A stretch of 64,000 nucleotides of DNA from Actinomycetes bacterium. GTDB lineage: Bacteria > Actinomycetota > JAICYB01. The notes below the pieces were generated by a model. It did not search any database. It worked only from the letters and a program-made list of their open reading frames with translations, and was not told the DNA's origin. This document shows, piece by piece, positions 1-12,788 of this stretch. The stretch spans positions 404 through 64,403 of the forward strand of contig JAICYB010000010.1 of NCBI GenBank assembly GCA_025934435.1, written 5' to 3'. How positions within the stretch are numbered: position 1 is the first letter of the stretch; every line of letters starts with the position of its first letter. Made by a program: the position numbers and the translations under genes.

Positions 1-259
1 CGCCGCGAGGGTCGTACGCGTTCACGAAATTCGCGATCTTGGTCCTCGCACCCTCGTAGAGCGCCGTCGACTCTTCACCGAGCGAGTGGACGGAACGATG
101 TACGGCCGCGTTCGTGTGCTCGTAGAAGTCGGTCATCGCGTCGATGACTTGCCGCGGTTTCTGCGAGGTCGCCGCCGAATCGAGATAGACGAGACGCTTG
201 CCGTGGACCTCGCGTTCGAGGATCGGGAAGTCCTTCTTGACCCGTGCAACGTCCAACAT
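1..259 (-). CDS. sufS: Cysteine desulfurase SufS, N-terminal part (runs off window start)
   Basis: Manual translation MLDVARVKKDFPILEREVHGKRLVYLDSAATSQKP...NAAVHRS; ATG overlaps sufC stop (TGATG). Confidence 0.93.
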   Translation of the reverse strand, partial: MLDVARVKKDFPILEREVHGKRLVYLDSAATSQKPRQVIDAMTDFYEHTNAAVHRSVHSLGEESTALYEGARTKIANFVNAYDPRG

Positions 260-1050
260 CAGGACTGGGGCGCCTCCTCGACCTCTGCTTCGTCCGACGT
301 GTAGCCGAATTCCTTCTTCACGGCGTCGTAGCCGACCTCTTCGAGGTGGTCGGCGAGCTCGCGCCCACCGGACTTCACGACCCGGCCCCCGAGGAGGATG
401 TGCACGACGTCGGGCGAGGTGAAGTTCAGGATCCGCGTGTAGTGCGTGATGATGCAGAACCCGATCTCCGGCGACTTCAGACGGTTGACCGCTTCCGCGA
501 CGATGCGGACGCCGTCGATGTCGAGACCCGAGTCGGTCTCGTCGAGGATGGCGAGCTCGGGCTTCAGCAAAGCGAGCTGCAGGATCTCGGCGCGCTTCTT
601 CTCTCCCCCCGAGAATCCTTCGTTGAGGTTGCGTCGTCCGAACGATTGATCGAGACCGACGAGCTCGAGGTCGGTCCGGAGCTGCTGGATGAACTCGCGC
701 GGGGAGATGTCCTCCTCGCGAACGGAGTTCACCGCGCTCCGCAGGAACGCCGAGAGCGGAACGCCGGGGATCTCCGTCGGGTACTGGAACGCGAGGAACA
801 TGCCGAGGCGGGCGCGTTCGTCCGGCGCCATGCCGATGACCTCTTGACCCTTGAACTTGATCGTCCCTTCCGTCACTTCGTAGGAGGGATGGCCCATCAG
901 GACGGAGGCGAGCGTCGACTTGCCGGAGCCGTTCGGCCCCATGATCGCGTGCACCTCACCCTTCGGGATGTCGAGGTCGACGCCGCGCAGGATCGGTTTG
1001 CCGTCGACGGACGCATGCAGATCGCGGATGACCAGGATGGGGTCACTCAA
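259..1050 (-). CDS. sufC: Fe-S cluster assembly ATPase SufC
   Basis: Walker A GPNGSGKST, FLAFQYP, NEGFSGGEKKR, LDETDSGLDID. Confidence 0.97.
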   Translation of the reverse strand: MSDPILVIRDLHASVDGKPILRGVDLDIPKGEVHAIMGPNGSGKSTLASVLMGHPSYEVTEGTIKFKGQEVIGMAPDERARLGMFLAFQYPTEIPGVPLSAFLRSAVNSVREEDISPREFIQQLRTDLELVGLDQSFGRRNLNEGFSGGEKKRAEILQLALLKPELAILDETDSGLDIDGVRIVAEAVNRLKSPEIGFCIITHYTRILNFTSPDVVHILLGGRVVKSGGRELADHLEEVGYDAVKKEFGYTSDEAEVEEAPQS

Positions 1051-1354
1051 CTTCGATCAACACCTCTCCGTTCTCGATCTTCACGTTGTACGTCCTGAGA
1101 TCCTCGGTCGCCGGAAGCGACTTCACTTCCCCGGTGCGAACATCGAAGATCGAGCCGTGCAGCGGGCATTCGATCTCATACCCCTCGACGAAGCCTTCTG
1201 AGAGGTGCGCGTGCTCGTGCGTGCAGATGTCCTGCACGCAATAGACGTTGCCGTCCATGGCGACGAGCGCACACGTTTGGCCGTCCGCTTCGACCTGTAG
1301 CGCTTCACCGTTCGGGATGTCGTCGATCTTCGCGACCTTGACGAACTTGCTCAT
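1043..1354 (-). CDS. Rieske-type ferredoxin
   Basis: Start MSKFVKVA at 1354 (ATGA overlap with sufD stop); CTHEHA...IECPLHGS Rieske motifs; usual position in actinobacterial suf operons. Confidence 0.92.
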   Translation of the reverse strand: MSKFVKVAKIDDIPNGEALQVEADGQTCALVAMDGNVYCVQDICTHEHAHLSEGFVEGYEIECPLHGSIFDVRTGEVKSLPATEDLRTYNVKIENGEVLIEVE

Positions 1355-2646
1355 GCCTGTTGTCCCTCCATCTTCGCCCGGATGGCGTCGGCGAGACGCT
1401 CGTGCATCCCGGACCATGTCACCTGTTCGAGAACCTGGTTGAAGAAGCCGAACACGATGAGCCGGCGCGCTTCTTCCGGCGGGATGCCGCGCGAGCCGAG
1501 ATAGAAGAGATGTTCGTCGGAGATCTTGCCGACGGTCGCGCCGTGCGTGCACCGGACGTCGTTGTTCTCGATCTCGAGCTGCGGGTTCGGCAGCGCTCGT
1601 GCGTGCGACGAGAGCGCGAGGTTGCGGTTCGCCTGGTACGCGTTCGACTTCCGCGCGTTGGGGCGGATGTGGATCGTCCCGTAGTAGAGGGCTTGGGACG
1701 TATCGCTCAGCGCTCCTTTATAGAGGAGGTCGGAGGTCGTGTTCGGCGCAACGTGGTCCTGCAGCGTCCAATGCTCGAAACGCTGATCACCGTGCGAGAA
1801 GTACAGGCCGTACATGTAGGACTGGGCCCCCTCACCCGCGAGCGTGCATTCCTTCCAGGTGCGGGAGAAGTCGCCGCCGAGCGTGACGACGAGCGTGTTG
1901 AGAAGCGCGTCACGGTCGAGATGCGCGCGGACGTGCGCCAGGTGCTTGCACCCGGCGCCCCAGTCCTGCCACGTGACCCAGCCCACCCTCGCGTTGGCGC
2001 CGATGAACATCTCGGTGACCGGAGCGGCGAGCGTCGGAGTGTCGATCGCGTCGGAATCGTAGACGTCGTTGAACACGACGTTCGCTCCGTCCTCGATGAT
2101 CACCACGGTCCGCGGAAGGACGAGCGCACCCGACGCGGACAACCAGTGGAGCGCCTGGAACGGCTCCTTCAGCTCGACGCCCTTCGGGACATACACGAAT
2201 GTCCCACCGTGGTGAGCGGCGAGCGAGAGCGCGGTGTGCGGGTCGTCCGCGCCGACGAGGGAGCCGAGCCGCGGACGGAGCAGCTCCGCGTGCTCACGGA
2301 CGGCCGTTTCGAGATCGCAGAGGATGACGCCTTTGGATCGTGCTTCGTCCGAAAGCTGGCGCTCGACCGTCGAGCCGTCGACATGGACGAGGCGTCCGGC
2401 GGACGAAACACCGGCCAGATCGAGGGCTTCGAGACGCGGCGTCGCGCCCGGCGCAGCGTCCGGCGGAAGCAGGCGGAAGTTGTCCGGGTGCAGGGCCTTG
2501 ACGTCGGTGAACCGCCAGACCTCCTCGCGGCCCTCCGGGTAGGGAAGCTCGCCGTACCGCTTCCACGCCCCACGGCGCAGCTCCGCGAGCCAGTCGGGCG
2601 AACCCGCGACGAAGTCTTCTATGGACAGCTCAGTGATGGCGCTCAA
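1351..2646 (-). CDS. sufD: Fe-S cluster assembly protein SufD
   Basis: EVWRFT, PQLEIENNDVRCTHGATVG, LFYLGSRGI; TTG start after GAGAGG. Confidence 0.95.
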   Translation of the reverse strand: MSAITELSIEDFVAGSPDWLAELRRGAWKRYGELPYPEGREEVWRFTDVKALHPDNFRLLPPDAAPGATPRLEALDLAGVSSAGRLVHVDGSTVERQLSDEARSKGVILCDLETAVREHAELLRPRLGSLVGADDPHTALSLAAHHGGTFVYVPKGVELKEPFQALHWLSASGALVLPRTVVIIEDGANVVFNDVYDSDAIDTPTLAAPVTEMFIGANARVGWVTWQDWGAGCKHLAHVRAHLDRDALLNTLVVTLGGDFSRTWKECTLAGEGAQSYMYGLYFSHGDQRFEHWTLQDHVAPNTTSDLLYKGALSDTSQALYYGTIHIRPNARKSNAYQANRNLALSSHARALPNPQLEIENNDVRCTHGATVGKISDEHLFYLGSRGIPPEEARRLIVFGFFNQVLEQVTWSGMHERLADAIRAKMEGQQA

Positions 2647-2669
2647 CAGCCCTCTCAGCGTTGGACGAC

Positions 2670-2698
2670 TACTAAATCCTACCGAGATTGGCTATAGG
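2670..2698 (-). promoter_or_regulatory. Putative promoter/operator of sufD-fdx-sufC-sufS, shared with sufB upstream region
   Basis: TACTAAATCCTACC (2670-2683) is identical at 8051-8064; both copies continue TTGGCT..ATAGG; contains minus-strand TAGGAT -10. Confidence 0.65.
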
Positions 2699-2702
2699 AG
2701 CG

Positions 2703-4948
<2,246 letters not shown>

Positions 4949-4958
4949 CCGGCGACTA

Positions 4959-4996
4959 TATCAGGTTCCTGATACACGTGTGTCAGGAACCTGATA
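4959..4996. promoter_or_regulatory. 38-bp near-perfect palindrome made of two TATCAGG-NN-CCTGATA-like boxes, probable MarR operator
   Basis: TATCAGGTTCCTGATACACGTGTGTCAGGAACCTGATA between divergent genes, abutting the marR -10. Confidence 0.8.
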
Positions 4997-5011
4997 CGGC
5001 ATCCTGTCAAC

Positions 5012-5500
5012 GTGAAGCCCTACGTGCGGACGGCTCTGATCGTTCTGGCGGTGCCGATCGTCGCCTTCGCACTGCTCTGGACGGGGCTGTACTTCACCCA
5101 AGGAAGGCATCCGACGAGCACGTACGAGCCGCCGTTGACCTTCAGCACGTGCGACCCCGGCGGTCTTCACTGCGTCGACGTGTACGGAACACCGGGCGGC
5201 CGGCCCCGAGGACAAACCGAAGTATCCGTTCGCGGACTCGCAGCGAAGCTCGGATGCCGGACGAAGCCGACGGACGAGCCGTTCACGATTGGATCAGGCG
5301 AGTGTTCGATCGGTTCCGGAACCGTCGACATCAACGTGTTCGGTGTGGCCGCCGATCGCCGAACCTGGCTCGAGAACCCGCAGGACCATCGCCGGCGCGC
5401 GGTGGTCGTCGTGGGCGCCTATTGGACCGTGACCGCGGACTCCTGTCGCACGGCGAAAGACGTGCAGGCGACGCTGGGCGGGCGTCTGATCGGCTGTTAG
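5012..5500 (+). CDS. Hypothetical membrane-anchored/exported protein with several cysteines
   Basis: N-terminal hydrophobic helix; fills the gap between marR and sufB; CATCCT-6nt-GTG start. Confidence 0.65.
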   Translation: MKPYVRTALIVLAVPIVAFALLWTGLYFTQGRHPTSTYEPPLTFSTCDPGGLHCVDVYGTPGGRPRGQTEVSVRGLAAKLGCRTKPTDEPFTIGSGECSIGSGTVDINVFGVAADRRTWLENPQDHRRRAVVVVGAYWTVTADSCRTAKDVQATLGGRLIGC

Positions 5501-8049
5501 CCGACGGAGCCTTCCATCTCGAGCTCGATCAAGCGGTTGAGCTCGACGGCGTACTCCATCGGCAACTGCTTCGTGATGGGCTCGATGAACCCGCGCACGA
5601 TCATCGCCGCCGCTTCCGCTTCCGAGATCCCGCGGCTGCGGAGATAGAACAGCTGCTCGTCACCGATCTTGGCGACGGTCGCCTCGTGCCCCATCTCGAC
5701 GTCGTCTTCCTGGATGTCCATGTAGGGGTAGGTGTCCGAGCGCGACTCCTCGTCGATCAGCAGCGCGTCGCACACGACGTTCGACTTCGCGCCTTTCGCG
5801 CCGGGGTGGATGTACACACCACCGCGGTAGGAGGTTCGTCCGCCGTCCTTGCTGATGGACTTCGAGATGATCCGCGACGACGTCTCCGGCGCGATGTGCG
5901 TCATCTTCGAGCCGGTGTCCTGGTGCTGGCCCTTGCCGGCGAACGCGAGTGACAGCGTTTCGCCGTGCGCCTTGCGGCCCTTGAGCACAACGGCCGGGTA
6001 CTTCATCGTGACCTTGGAGCCGATGTTGCCGTCGACCCACTCGACGACGGCGTTCTCTTCGGCGACGGCGCGCTTGGTGACGAGGTTGTAGACGTTGCTC
6101 GACCAGTTCTGGATCGTCGTGTACGTGAGACGCGCGTTCGGGTGGGCGATGAGCTCGACGACCGCGGAGTGAAGCGAGTTCGACGAGTAGGTCGGAGCTG
6201 TGCAGCCTTCGATGTAGTGCACGTAGCTTCCTTCGTCCGCGATGATCAGCGTGCGCTCGAACTGTCCGGCGTTCTCGGCGTTGATGCGGAAGTACGCCTG
6301 CAGCGGGATGTCGACCTTCACACCCGGCGGCACGTAGATGAACGAACCGCCCGACCACACCGCGGAGTTCAGCGCCGCGAGCTTGTTGTCGTTGATCGGG
6401 ATGATCGTCGAGATGTACTTCTGGACGATCTCCGGGTGTTCGCGAACGGCCGTGTCCATGTCGGTGAAGAGCACGCCGAGCTTGGTGATCTCTTCCTTCA
6501 CCGAGTGGTATACGGATTCGGAGTTGTGGACGATGAAGCCTTCAGCAACGAAGTTGTGATGCCCTTCAACTTCGATGTCGAACGTCTCCTCGACGTCGAC
6601 CGAATCGATGCTCTCGATCCGAACGAAACCGAGATGCGGGCTGCAGTGGGCGCGGAGTGTCGTCCCTCCCGGCGAGCTTGCATCGTGGTGCCACTTACGA
6701 GCACCCAGCCGAGCCAGCCGGCGTGGGTTTCGGACCGGCAGGCGGTCGAACCGGCCGCTCAAGAACAGTCTGTAGCCCCGGAAGGTTCTTCCGTCGGGAC
6801 GACGCGTGTCGAAAGACACGACCTTGCTCGATGTGATGCCGCAGAGAGCGGCAAGTTCCTTGACGCCATCCAGGAGCCCTTCGCTCGCACTTGTGATCAC
6901 GACGTCATGGTTCTTTGGATGTTCGCGGACGTAGCCGTCGGCATCAACGAAGCCGGCGATGAAAGCGAGTCGTTCAGCCAGCGGGACTCGCCAGATCCAG
7001 TACGGGAGTCGCTTCTCCGGTGCGCGGACTCCATATCCCTGGAGTTCGATCATCTCGCTCAGACCGCGTGAACCTCGAGCACAAAGTCGCAGCCCATCGG
7101 ACGAAAGCTTGAAGTCGAGACCGAAGAGTTCCTTACCGACACGCGCGAACTCGGCGATGAAGGCTTCGTCTTCCTTATTGACCGCCAACTCAGCCGACAG
7201 GTAGTCACCTCGATGATGGAGGTATCCGTCACCGAGGAAGACGCCCATCCACCAGCAGAAGTCAACCGATGACTTTTCAGGAAGCGCGCGATGCTCGGGC
7301 AAGCGCGGCTTCACGATCGTCGCCGACTGGCCGTAGTCGGGCAGATCCGTCGCGACGGCGACGAAGTCGCCGACCAGCAGGTCCTCGACCGGCACCCAAC
7401 GCGGGACAAAGCGAGCCCGCCGGCGGCCAGGCTTGCGCTCGTCGCGCAACACGAGGAATGGGTGGTTCGCCGAGGCACCGATCGTTCGACCGCGAGCCTT
7501 GATCTCAAAGACGAGCTTCTCACCCGCGGACGCGGACCGAACCACCGTCGATCGCACGATCTGCTTCGTCGACTCGTCCAGCGAGAAAACGCCGTCGCCT
7601 GCTTCGAGGGACTTGATCGGACGCATGCCATCAGTCGTCCACACGCGCGTCGAGCCTCGCAGACACTCGAACTGCGCCGAGACGCCGCCGAGGTACTTCT
7701 GTTCGGCCTCCGGGATCCCGAGGCGGTCGAAGGTGTTCTTGATGTCCGGTGGGACGTCCTCCCAGTTCCGCTCGGAGCGGTCGGACGCCTTCAGGTAGTA
7801 GTAGATGTCGTCGAAGTCGATGCCGGACAGGTCGGCGCCCCACTTCGGCACAGGACGACGCTCCCAGCGGTCGAAGGCCTTCAGCCGGAACTTCCGCATC
7901 CACTCCGGCTCGGACTTCATCCACGAGATCTCTTCGACGACCTCGCGGGACAACCCCTTCTTCGGCTGGAAGACGTAGTTCTCAGGGGTCCGCCAGCCCC
8001 ATCGTTCCTCGTATGAGGTGTGCGGGTCTATGTCGAGTCGTTGGGCCAT
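5497..8049 (-). CDS. sufB: Fe-S cluster assembly protein SufB precursor containing an intein (469 aa after splicing)
   Basis: [70 protein letters not shown]. Confidence 0.97.
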   Translation of the reverse strand: MAQRLDIDPHTSYEERWGWRTPENYVFQPKKGLSREVVEEISWMKSEPEWMRKFRLKAFDRWERRPVPKWGADLSGIDFDDIYYYLKASDRSERNWEDVPPDIKNTFDRLGIPEAEQKYLGGVSAQFECLRGSTRVWTTDGMRPIKSLEAGDGVFSLDESTKQIVRSTVVRSASAGEKLVFEIKARGRTIGASANHPFLVLRDERKPGRRRARFVPRWVPVEDLLVGDFVAVATDLPDYGQSATIVKPRLPEHRALPEKSSVDFCWWMGVFLGDGYLHHRGDYLSAELAVNKEDEAFIAEFARVGKELFGLDFKLSSDGLRLCARGSRGLSEMIELQGYGVRAPEKRLPYWIWRVPLAERLAFIAGFVDADGYVREHPKNHDVVITSASEGLLDGVKELAALCGITSSKVVSFDTRRPDGRTFRGYRLFLSGRFDRLPVRNPRRLARLGARKWHHDASSPGGTTLRAHCSPHLGFVRIESIDSVDVEETFDIEVEGHHNFVAEGFIVHNSESVYHSVKEEITKLGVLFTDMDTAVREHPEIVQKYISTIIPINDNKLAALNSAVWSGGSFIYVPPGVKVDIPLQAYFRINAENAGQFERTLIIADEGSYVHYIEGCTAPTYSSNSLHSAVVELIAHPNARLTYTTIQNWSSNVYNLVTKRAVAEENAVVEWVDGNIGSKVTMKYPAVVLKGRKAHGETLSLAFAGKGQHQDTGSKMTHIAPETSSRIISKSISKDGGRTSYRGGVYIHPGAKGAKSNVVCDALLIDEESRSDTYPYMDIQEDDVEMGHEATVAKIGDEQLFYLRSRGISEAEAAAMIVRGFIEPITKQLPMEYAVELNRLIELEMEGSVG
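6523..7665 (-). mobile_element. Intein (381 aa) with LAGLIDADG homing endonuclease in SufB
   Basis: Junctions SAQFE|CLRGSTRV and FIVHN|SESVYH; block B SANHPF; MGVFLGDG and [10 protein letters not shown] motifs; block [13 protein letters not shown]. Confidence 0.95.
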
Positions 8050-8050
8050 G

Positions 8051-8081
8051 TACTAAATCCTACCCGCGTTGGCTTTATAGG
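8051..8081 (-). promoter_or_regulatory. Putative leaderless promoter/operator of sufB
   Basis: Minus-strand TAGGAT-7nt-ATG; motif repeated at 2670-2698. Confidence 0.65.
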
Positions 8082-8104
8082 TCGAAAGGTACGATAGCCG
8101 CCTC

Positions 8105-8884
8105 GTGAGCAGCGCGATCGACCGCATCGCCGAGTGGGCCGCCCAGGCGCAGCGCGGCGTCGCGTTCACCGGAGCGGGGATCTCGACCGAGTCCGGCATC
8201 CCCGACTTCCGGGGTCCGAACGGCTTCTGGAAACGGAACGACGCGGCGAAGTTCACGTTCCAGAACTACGTCGCCGACCCCGAGCACCGGAAGGAACGCT
8301 GGCGGCAGGCCGTAGAAGGGCGATCGTTCATGCGGAGCGACGTCCGGCCGAACGCCGGACACACCGCTCTCGCGAACCTCGAACGCGCCGGCGCGATCCG
8401 AGGCGTCATCACCCAGAACATCGACGGTCTGCATCAGGAGTCCGGGAGCACGAAGGTCCTCGAGCTGCACGGAACCGCGAAGAAGATCGGTTGCCTCGAC
8501 TGCGGCGAACGCTGGCCCGCGCCGGTCATCCTCGAACGAGTCGTCGCCGGTGAGGACGACCCCCGCTGCACGTACTGCGGCGGGATCCTCAAGAGCGCAA
8601 CGATCTCCTTCGGTCAGCAGCTCCCCGAAGACGTCGTCGAGGAAGCGCACCGTTGGTCACTCGACGCCGACTTCTTCCTCGTCGTCGGTTCGTCCCTTGT
8701 CGTGTCGCCGGCGAACGGCTTCCCGATCGTCGCGAAACGCCGGGGCGCGAAGCTCGCGATCGTCAATCGCGAGCCCACCGATCTCGACGACATCTTCGAC
8801 GAGGTGATCCACGACGACGCCGGGCCCACGCTCACGGCGATCGTGGAGCGCCTGGAGGCGCTCAGTCCTCGGCGGCCGCTTTGA
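8105..8884 (+). CDS. cobB: Sir2/CobB-family NAD-dependent protein deacylase
   Basis: TGAGISTESGIPDFRG, TQNIDGLHQ, ELHG, two CxxC motifs, VGSSLVV. Confidence 0.92.
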   Translation: MSSAIDRIAEWAAQAQRGVAFTGAGISTESGIPDFRGPNGFWKRNDAAKFTFQNYVADPEHRKERWRQAVEGRSFMRSDVRPNAGHTALANLERAGAIRGVITQNIDGLHQESGSTKVLELHGTAKKIGCLDCGERWPAPVILERVVAGEDDPRCTYCGGILKSATISFGQQLPEDVVEEAHRWSLDADFFLVVGSSLVVSPANGFPIVAKRRGAKLAIVNREPTDLDDIFDEVIHDDAGPTLTAIVERLEALSPRRPL

Positions 8885-9362
8885 GCCGACGAAGCGTTTC
8901 GTCCATCGCGTCGTTCGTTTGCTTGCGCCGCTTGTCGACGGCTCCACCGAGTCCGACGTTACGCGCGATCTTCTCCGGGACGGCGAGGATCGGCGGGACG
9001 AACGACGCTTCGTAGCGTTCGGTGACCTTCGTACCGATCCCTTCCGGTTCGAACGTGTAGCGCCATCGCGTCATCTCGCGCTCGCCGACGCCGAGTGAGA
9101 TCGGAAAGGAAACGCGGACGGTCCGGAACTCGAACGCTTTACCCGGTTCCGAGTCGGTGATCTCGCAGACCGTCCACCACTTCGCGGGCGACATCTTGTT
9201 GTAGCCCTTGAAGCGCACGCCCTTCCTCGGACCGGACGCACCGTCGAGCCACTCGCAGCGATAGGTGATCGGTGACCAGTCCCCCATCCGTGTCACGTCG
9301 GACACGAGTCGCCACACGCGTTCGGGCGGTGCGTCGATGAACAGACTCGTCTCGGCATGCAT
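8862..9362 (-). CDS. SRPBCC (polyketide cyclase/START-like) family protein
   Basis: IDAPPERVWRLVSDVTRMGDWSP; TAGACT-7nt-ATG start. Confidence 0.88.
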   Translation of the reverse strand: MHAETSLFIDAPPERVWRLVSDVTRMGDWSPITYRCEWLDGASGPRKGVRFKGYNKMSPAKWWTVCEITDSEPGKAFEFRTVRVSFPISLGVGEREMTRWRYTFEPEGIGTKVTERYEASFVPPILAVPEKIARNVGLGGAVDKRRKQTNDAMDETLRRLKAAAED

Positions 9363-9372
9363 CGAGACGAGT

Positions 9373-11373
9373 CTAGGGAGTCGGCGCGGTCGGCACTTTC
9401 GGCGACGGCGACGGCGGCGCGGGCGCAGCGGGCGCGGGTGGCGGTGTCTTCCGAACGTAGACGTTCCCGCTCGGCGTCGAACCGACGGACTGCCACTGCG
9501 CCGCGGGTGGCTTCCACCCCGCCGGCACACCCGGCGTTCCCGGGAGGTAGACGAGGGTGTCCGCGCTGGAGTTGTTCACTTCCTGCGCGAGCTGCGCCCC
9601 GGAGGACGGCGGCGGATTGCCGTCGGGTCGTCCGCCGACGACGTCTTCGAGCTGCGTGTTGAGATCGGGGCCGAGAACGCTGCGGAAGTCGTCCGAACCG
9701 AGAACAGCGACGTGCGAGGAGTGCGTGTTCACGACGAGCCGCTCGAGCGGGGTCCATCGTTCGCGTGAATCGATGCGCACGATCGAGACGGCGATGAGCA
9801 CGACGGCCGCGCATGTGATCGCGTACGCCACGTTCTGGACGGGGATGGTGCGTCGTCCGTAGGCCATCACGAGACCACACACGACGATCGCCGAGACGGC
9901 TCCGGCCACGACCGCGCCGCGATCAACGACGAGATCACTCCGGAAGCCGAAGTTCGTCACGAAGAAATAGGCGTCGAACGCGAACGCGCCGCCGACGAGA
10001 ACGAACAACACGCGCGACGGGATGACGACCGCCGCGAGGGACACACCGACGAGTGCTGCGGGGATCAGGTAACGGAGGTTCGCGCCCATCAGCGCCGCGT
10101 TGCCCTGGACGCCGGCTCCGGTATACGGAGTAACGGCGTAGATCATGATGCTGAGCACACACAGCCCGGCGAGGAGCATCCGGTCGACGCGTCGCGGACG
10201 AACGAAAAACGCGAACGCCACGGCGACAACGGGGAGCACGAGCGAGAAGCCCCAGAAGTGCCAGAGCAGGTGCCACCATGTGCCGAGGACGTGCCACCTT
10301 CGAGCGAGCACGTGCGACGCGATGGTCGCCTTGTAGACGTCGAATGAGCTCGAGCCCCCCGCGAACAGCTGCTTGCCGAGCACGTGCAGCCCCTGCGGGA
10401 AGATCGGGTTCCCGGTGCCGATCCAGTTCCGGACGAGCCACGGCGCGGCGAAGAACGCCATCCCCGGCGCGAGCCACCACGTTTGCTTGCGTGGACGAAG
10501 CGCGAGCACACCGACGAGCGCCACGACCGGCGCGAGGAACAAGACGGTGTACTTGGCCCCCATCGCGAGTCCGAGCGCGACTCCCGCGAAGACGATCCAA
10601 CGCGGGTTGTGCTCGCGTCGTGCGCGGAGCAAGCACGCGACGCCGGCAAGCAGCGGTGCGGCAGCGGAGACGTCCGTCAGCAAGCTGTGCGCCTGCGTCC
10701 CGTAGACGATGGGCGATGCGATGAGCGCCGTCATCGTGAGCGCGGCCGAATCGGGTCGTCCGCCGAGATCCCGGGCGATGCTCGCCGCGGCGATGATGCA
10801 GACCGCGGCGAGGAGTGCGAACGTCGTGTAGACGAGCTGGTCGCGTCCCGTCGCGAAGAGCATCCCCACGGCGAGGAGTTCACCGTTGCCCGGATGCGTC
10901 GACGTGAAGACGCCGGGGCTCTGGTACGGCAGGTGCCAGATGTTGTGCGTGTGAGCCCACGTCACGAGGTTCGTGATGTGGTACCGCCGCGTTTCCCCGT
11001 TGGGCTGCACCGCCGCATGTAGCGTCGGTACGAGCGAAACGACGGTCAGGAACGTGCCGACGGCGATCGCGAGCATCCCCGCCGGAGACCACGCGGCCGG
11101 CACGCGAGGCTTCGGGACGTGACGGGCGAGGTAGATCGCGGACACCGCACCGACGAGCACCATCACGATGAGGTACGCGGACCACGTCAGCGCTCCGACG
11201 ATGCCGAGGGCGAGCGGCACACCGACGCCGACGGCCGTCGCGCCGATGATCCCGGCGAGCGCTCGGTCGAGCACGTCGCTCCTCGCCCACTCGGACAGCG
11301 CCGCGCCCGCGAGGAACACGGCGGCGATGACGCTCACGACATACAGCCCGGAAACGAAGGACGATGCCGTCAT
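9373..11373 (-). CDS. Multi-pass membrane protein, probable GT-C (ArnT/PMT-like) glycosyltransferase
   Basis: More than 12 TM segments; GLAMGAKY, PWLVRNWIGTGNPIFP, RYLIP; extracellular C-domain with Pro tail; ATG overlaps upstream stop. Confidence 0.72.
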   Translation of the reverse strand: MTASSFVSGLYVVSVIAAVFLAGAALSEWARSDVLDRALAGIIGATAVGVGVPLALGIVGALTWSAYLIVMVLVGAVSAIYLARHVPKPRVPAAWSPAGMLAIAVGTFLTVVSLVPTLHAAVQPNGETRRYHITNLVTWAHTHNIWHLPYQSPGVFTSTHPGNGELLAVGMLFATGRDQLVYTTFALLAAVCIIAAASIARDLGGRPDSAALTMTALIASPIVYGTQAHSLLTDVSAAAPLLAGVACLLRARREHNPRWIVFAGVALGLAMGAKYTVLFLAPVVALVGVLALRPRKQTWWLAPGMAFFAAPWLVRNWIGTGNPIFPQGLHVLGKQLFAGGSSSFDVYKATIASHVLARRWHVLGTWWHLLWHFWGFSLVLPVVAVAFAFFVRPRRVDRMLLAGLCVLSIMIYAVTPYTGAGVQGNAALMGANLRYLIPAALVGVSLAAVVIPSRVLFVLVGGAFAFDAYFFVTNFGFRSDLVVDRGAVVAGAVSAIVVCGLVMAYGRRTIPVQNVAYAITCAAVVLIAVSIVRIDSRERWTPLERLVVNTHSSHVAVLGSDDFRSVLGPDLNTQLEDVVGGRPDGNPPPSSGAQLAQEVNNSSADTLVYLPGTPGVPAGWKPPAAQWQSVGSTPSGNVYVRKTPPPAPAAPAPPSPSPKVPTAPTP

Positions 11374-12701
11374 CCGACGGCCGCCTTCCGCCGAACGGAT
11401 CTGGTGTCGCGCGCGAGCACGTGGTCCGCCGCTTCTTTGGCGAGCTTCACGCACTCGTTCATGCCGCGGTCCTCGGGATAGATCTGCGCCGTCGTCGCCA
11501 CGAACAATCCCCCGATCCCGCTTTCGATCGGCGGGATGCCCTGGCGATAACCGAGTGTGACGAGCGGCGCGGCGTACGGCGTGCGGAAGTTGTGGACCGC
11601 GTTGACCTGAGACACGTCGAACGACGGAAGCGCATCGGCGAGCGCGCTCATCCAGCGCTTCGCGACCTCGTCGAGATCGTCCGTCGCGAGGGGGTCGTCC
11701 GCGGTGAAATAGCGGCTGAGGTAGGCGATGCGCTTGCCCGAGTAGTTCTCCGGACCGACGAGGTTCGTGTGCTCGATCAACGCGCCGAAGGGAACGTTCG
11801 CGTCGCAGACGTTCGTCCAGTACGTCTTGCTGATCGGACGATCCATCTCGACGATCACGCACACCGCGCCGAGCCGCCCGATCTTCGACCACCGCGGATC
11901 GCGTTGCGCTTCCGGGATCAGGTTCGCAAGTTGCGGGAGTTGTCCGGCGTAGACGACGTCGTCCGCTTCGATCGATTCGCCGCCGACGAGCGCGACGCCG
12001 CGGACGGAGCCCTCGTCGACGTCGACGTGATCGACGCCGGTCGACGTCCGCACGTCGACGCCGAGACGTTCGAGTTCGACCGTCAGCGCGTCGAAGAGCT
12101 TGCGGAAGCCACCGCGCAGGTACCCGAGACGCTCACCGCGAAGCGTCCACGCCGACGCGCGTTGGCGGAAGCGCGCGGCCATCCACGACGCGGGGACCGT
12201 TGCGTCGGCCGTGCCGAACTTGAATCTGAGCAGCGGCCCCCAGATCTGATCCATCACGCGGTCGCCCGTCGCGACGCGCAACCACTCGCGCGCTTGCATG
12301 CGGTCGAACCACCGCCAATCCGACGTCGTCAGGCGGACGGAACCGATCCCGGTACGCACGCGGTCGACGAACGGCAGCGGCTTGAATCGAAGGAGATCCG
12401 TTGCGGAACTGAACGGCCAGATCTGTTGATCGCGCAGGACACCGACGCTGCTGCGGAACCATTTGAAGTCCGGACCGAGATCGAGCTCGTTGATGAGTCG
12501 CAGGATGTCGCGCTCGTTCGGGAAGACGTGGTGGTAGAAGCACTCGAGCGGCGTCCCGCCGATCTCGAAACTCACGACGAGACCGCCGAGCGTCGGACTG
12601 CGCTCGAGAAGCGTCACGGCGCGTCCGGTTCGCGCGAGACGCAGCGCGACAACGCAACCAGTGATGCCGCCGCCGATGACGACGGTACGACCCTCACCCA
12701 T
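11370..12701 (-). CDS. FAD-dependent oxidoreductase (amine oxidase/protoporphyrinogen oxidase-like fold)
   Basis: VIGGGITG...LERSPTLGGL, LECFYHH, LGYLRGGF, QIYPEDRGMN. Confidence 0.85.
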   Translation of the reverse strand: MGEGRTVVIGGGITGCVVALRLARTGRAVTLLERSPTLGGLVVSFEIGGTPLECFYHHVFPNERDILRLINELDLGPDFKWFRSSVGVLRDQQIWPFSSATDLLRFKPLPFVDRVRTGIGSVRLTTSDWRWFDRMQAREWLRVATGDRVMDQIWGPLLRFKFGTADATVPASWMAARFRQRASAWTLRGERLGYLRGGFRKLFDALTVELERLGVDVRTSTGVDHVDVDEGSVRGVALVGGESIEADDVVYAGQLPQLANLIPEAQRDPRWSKIGRLGAVCVIVEMDRPISKTYWTNVCDANVPFGALIEHTNLVGPENYSGKRIAYLSRYFTADDPLATDDLDEVAKRWMSALADALPSFDVSQVNAVHNFRTPYAAPLVTLGYRQGIPPIESGIGGLFVATTAQIYPEDRGMNECVKLAKEAADHVLARDTRSVRRKAAVG

Positions 12702-12788
12702 GCCCACGACTCCGTTCGGACCGAGAAACGCAGGGGCGCGCCGACGTCGGCTTGCTCTTCCCGGAGACGTCCATCATGCTACCGGCCC

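Noticed and set aside
8105-8884. Sir2-domain anti-phage defence protein
   Set aside because: Canonical stand-alone zinc-binding deacylase with no defence partner genes
11370-12701. HemY/CgoX assignment (given chdC in the window)
   Set aside because: Only the general fold matches; coupling to a GT-C-like gene points to glycan-related function
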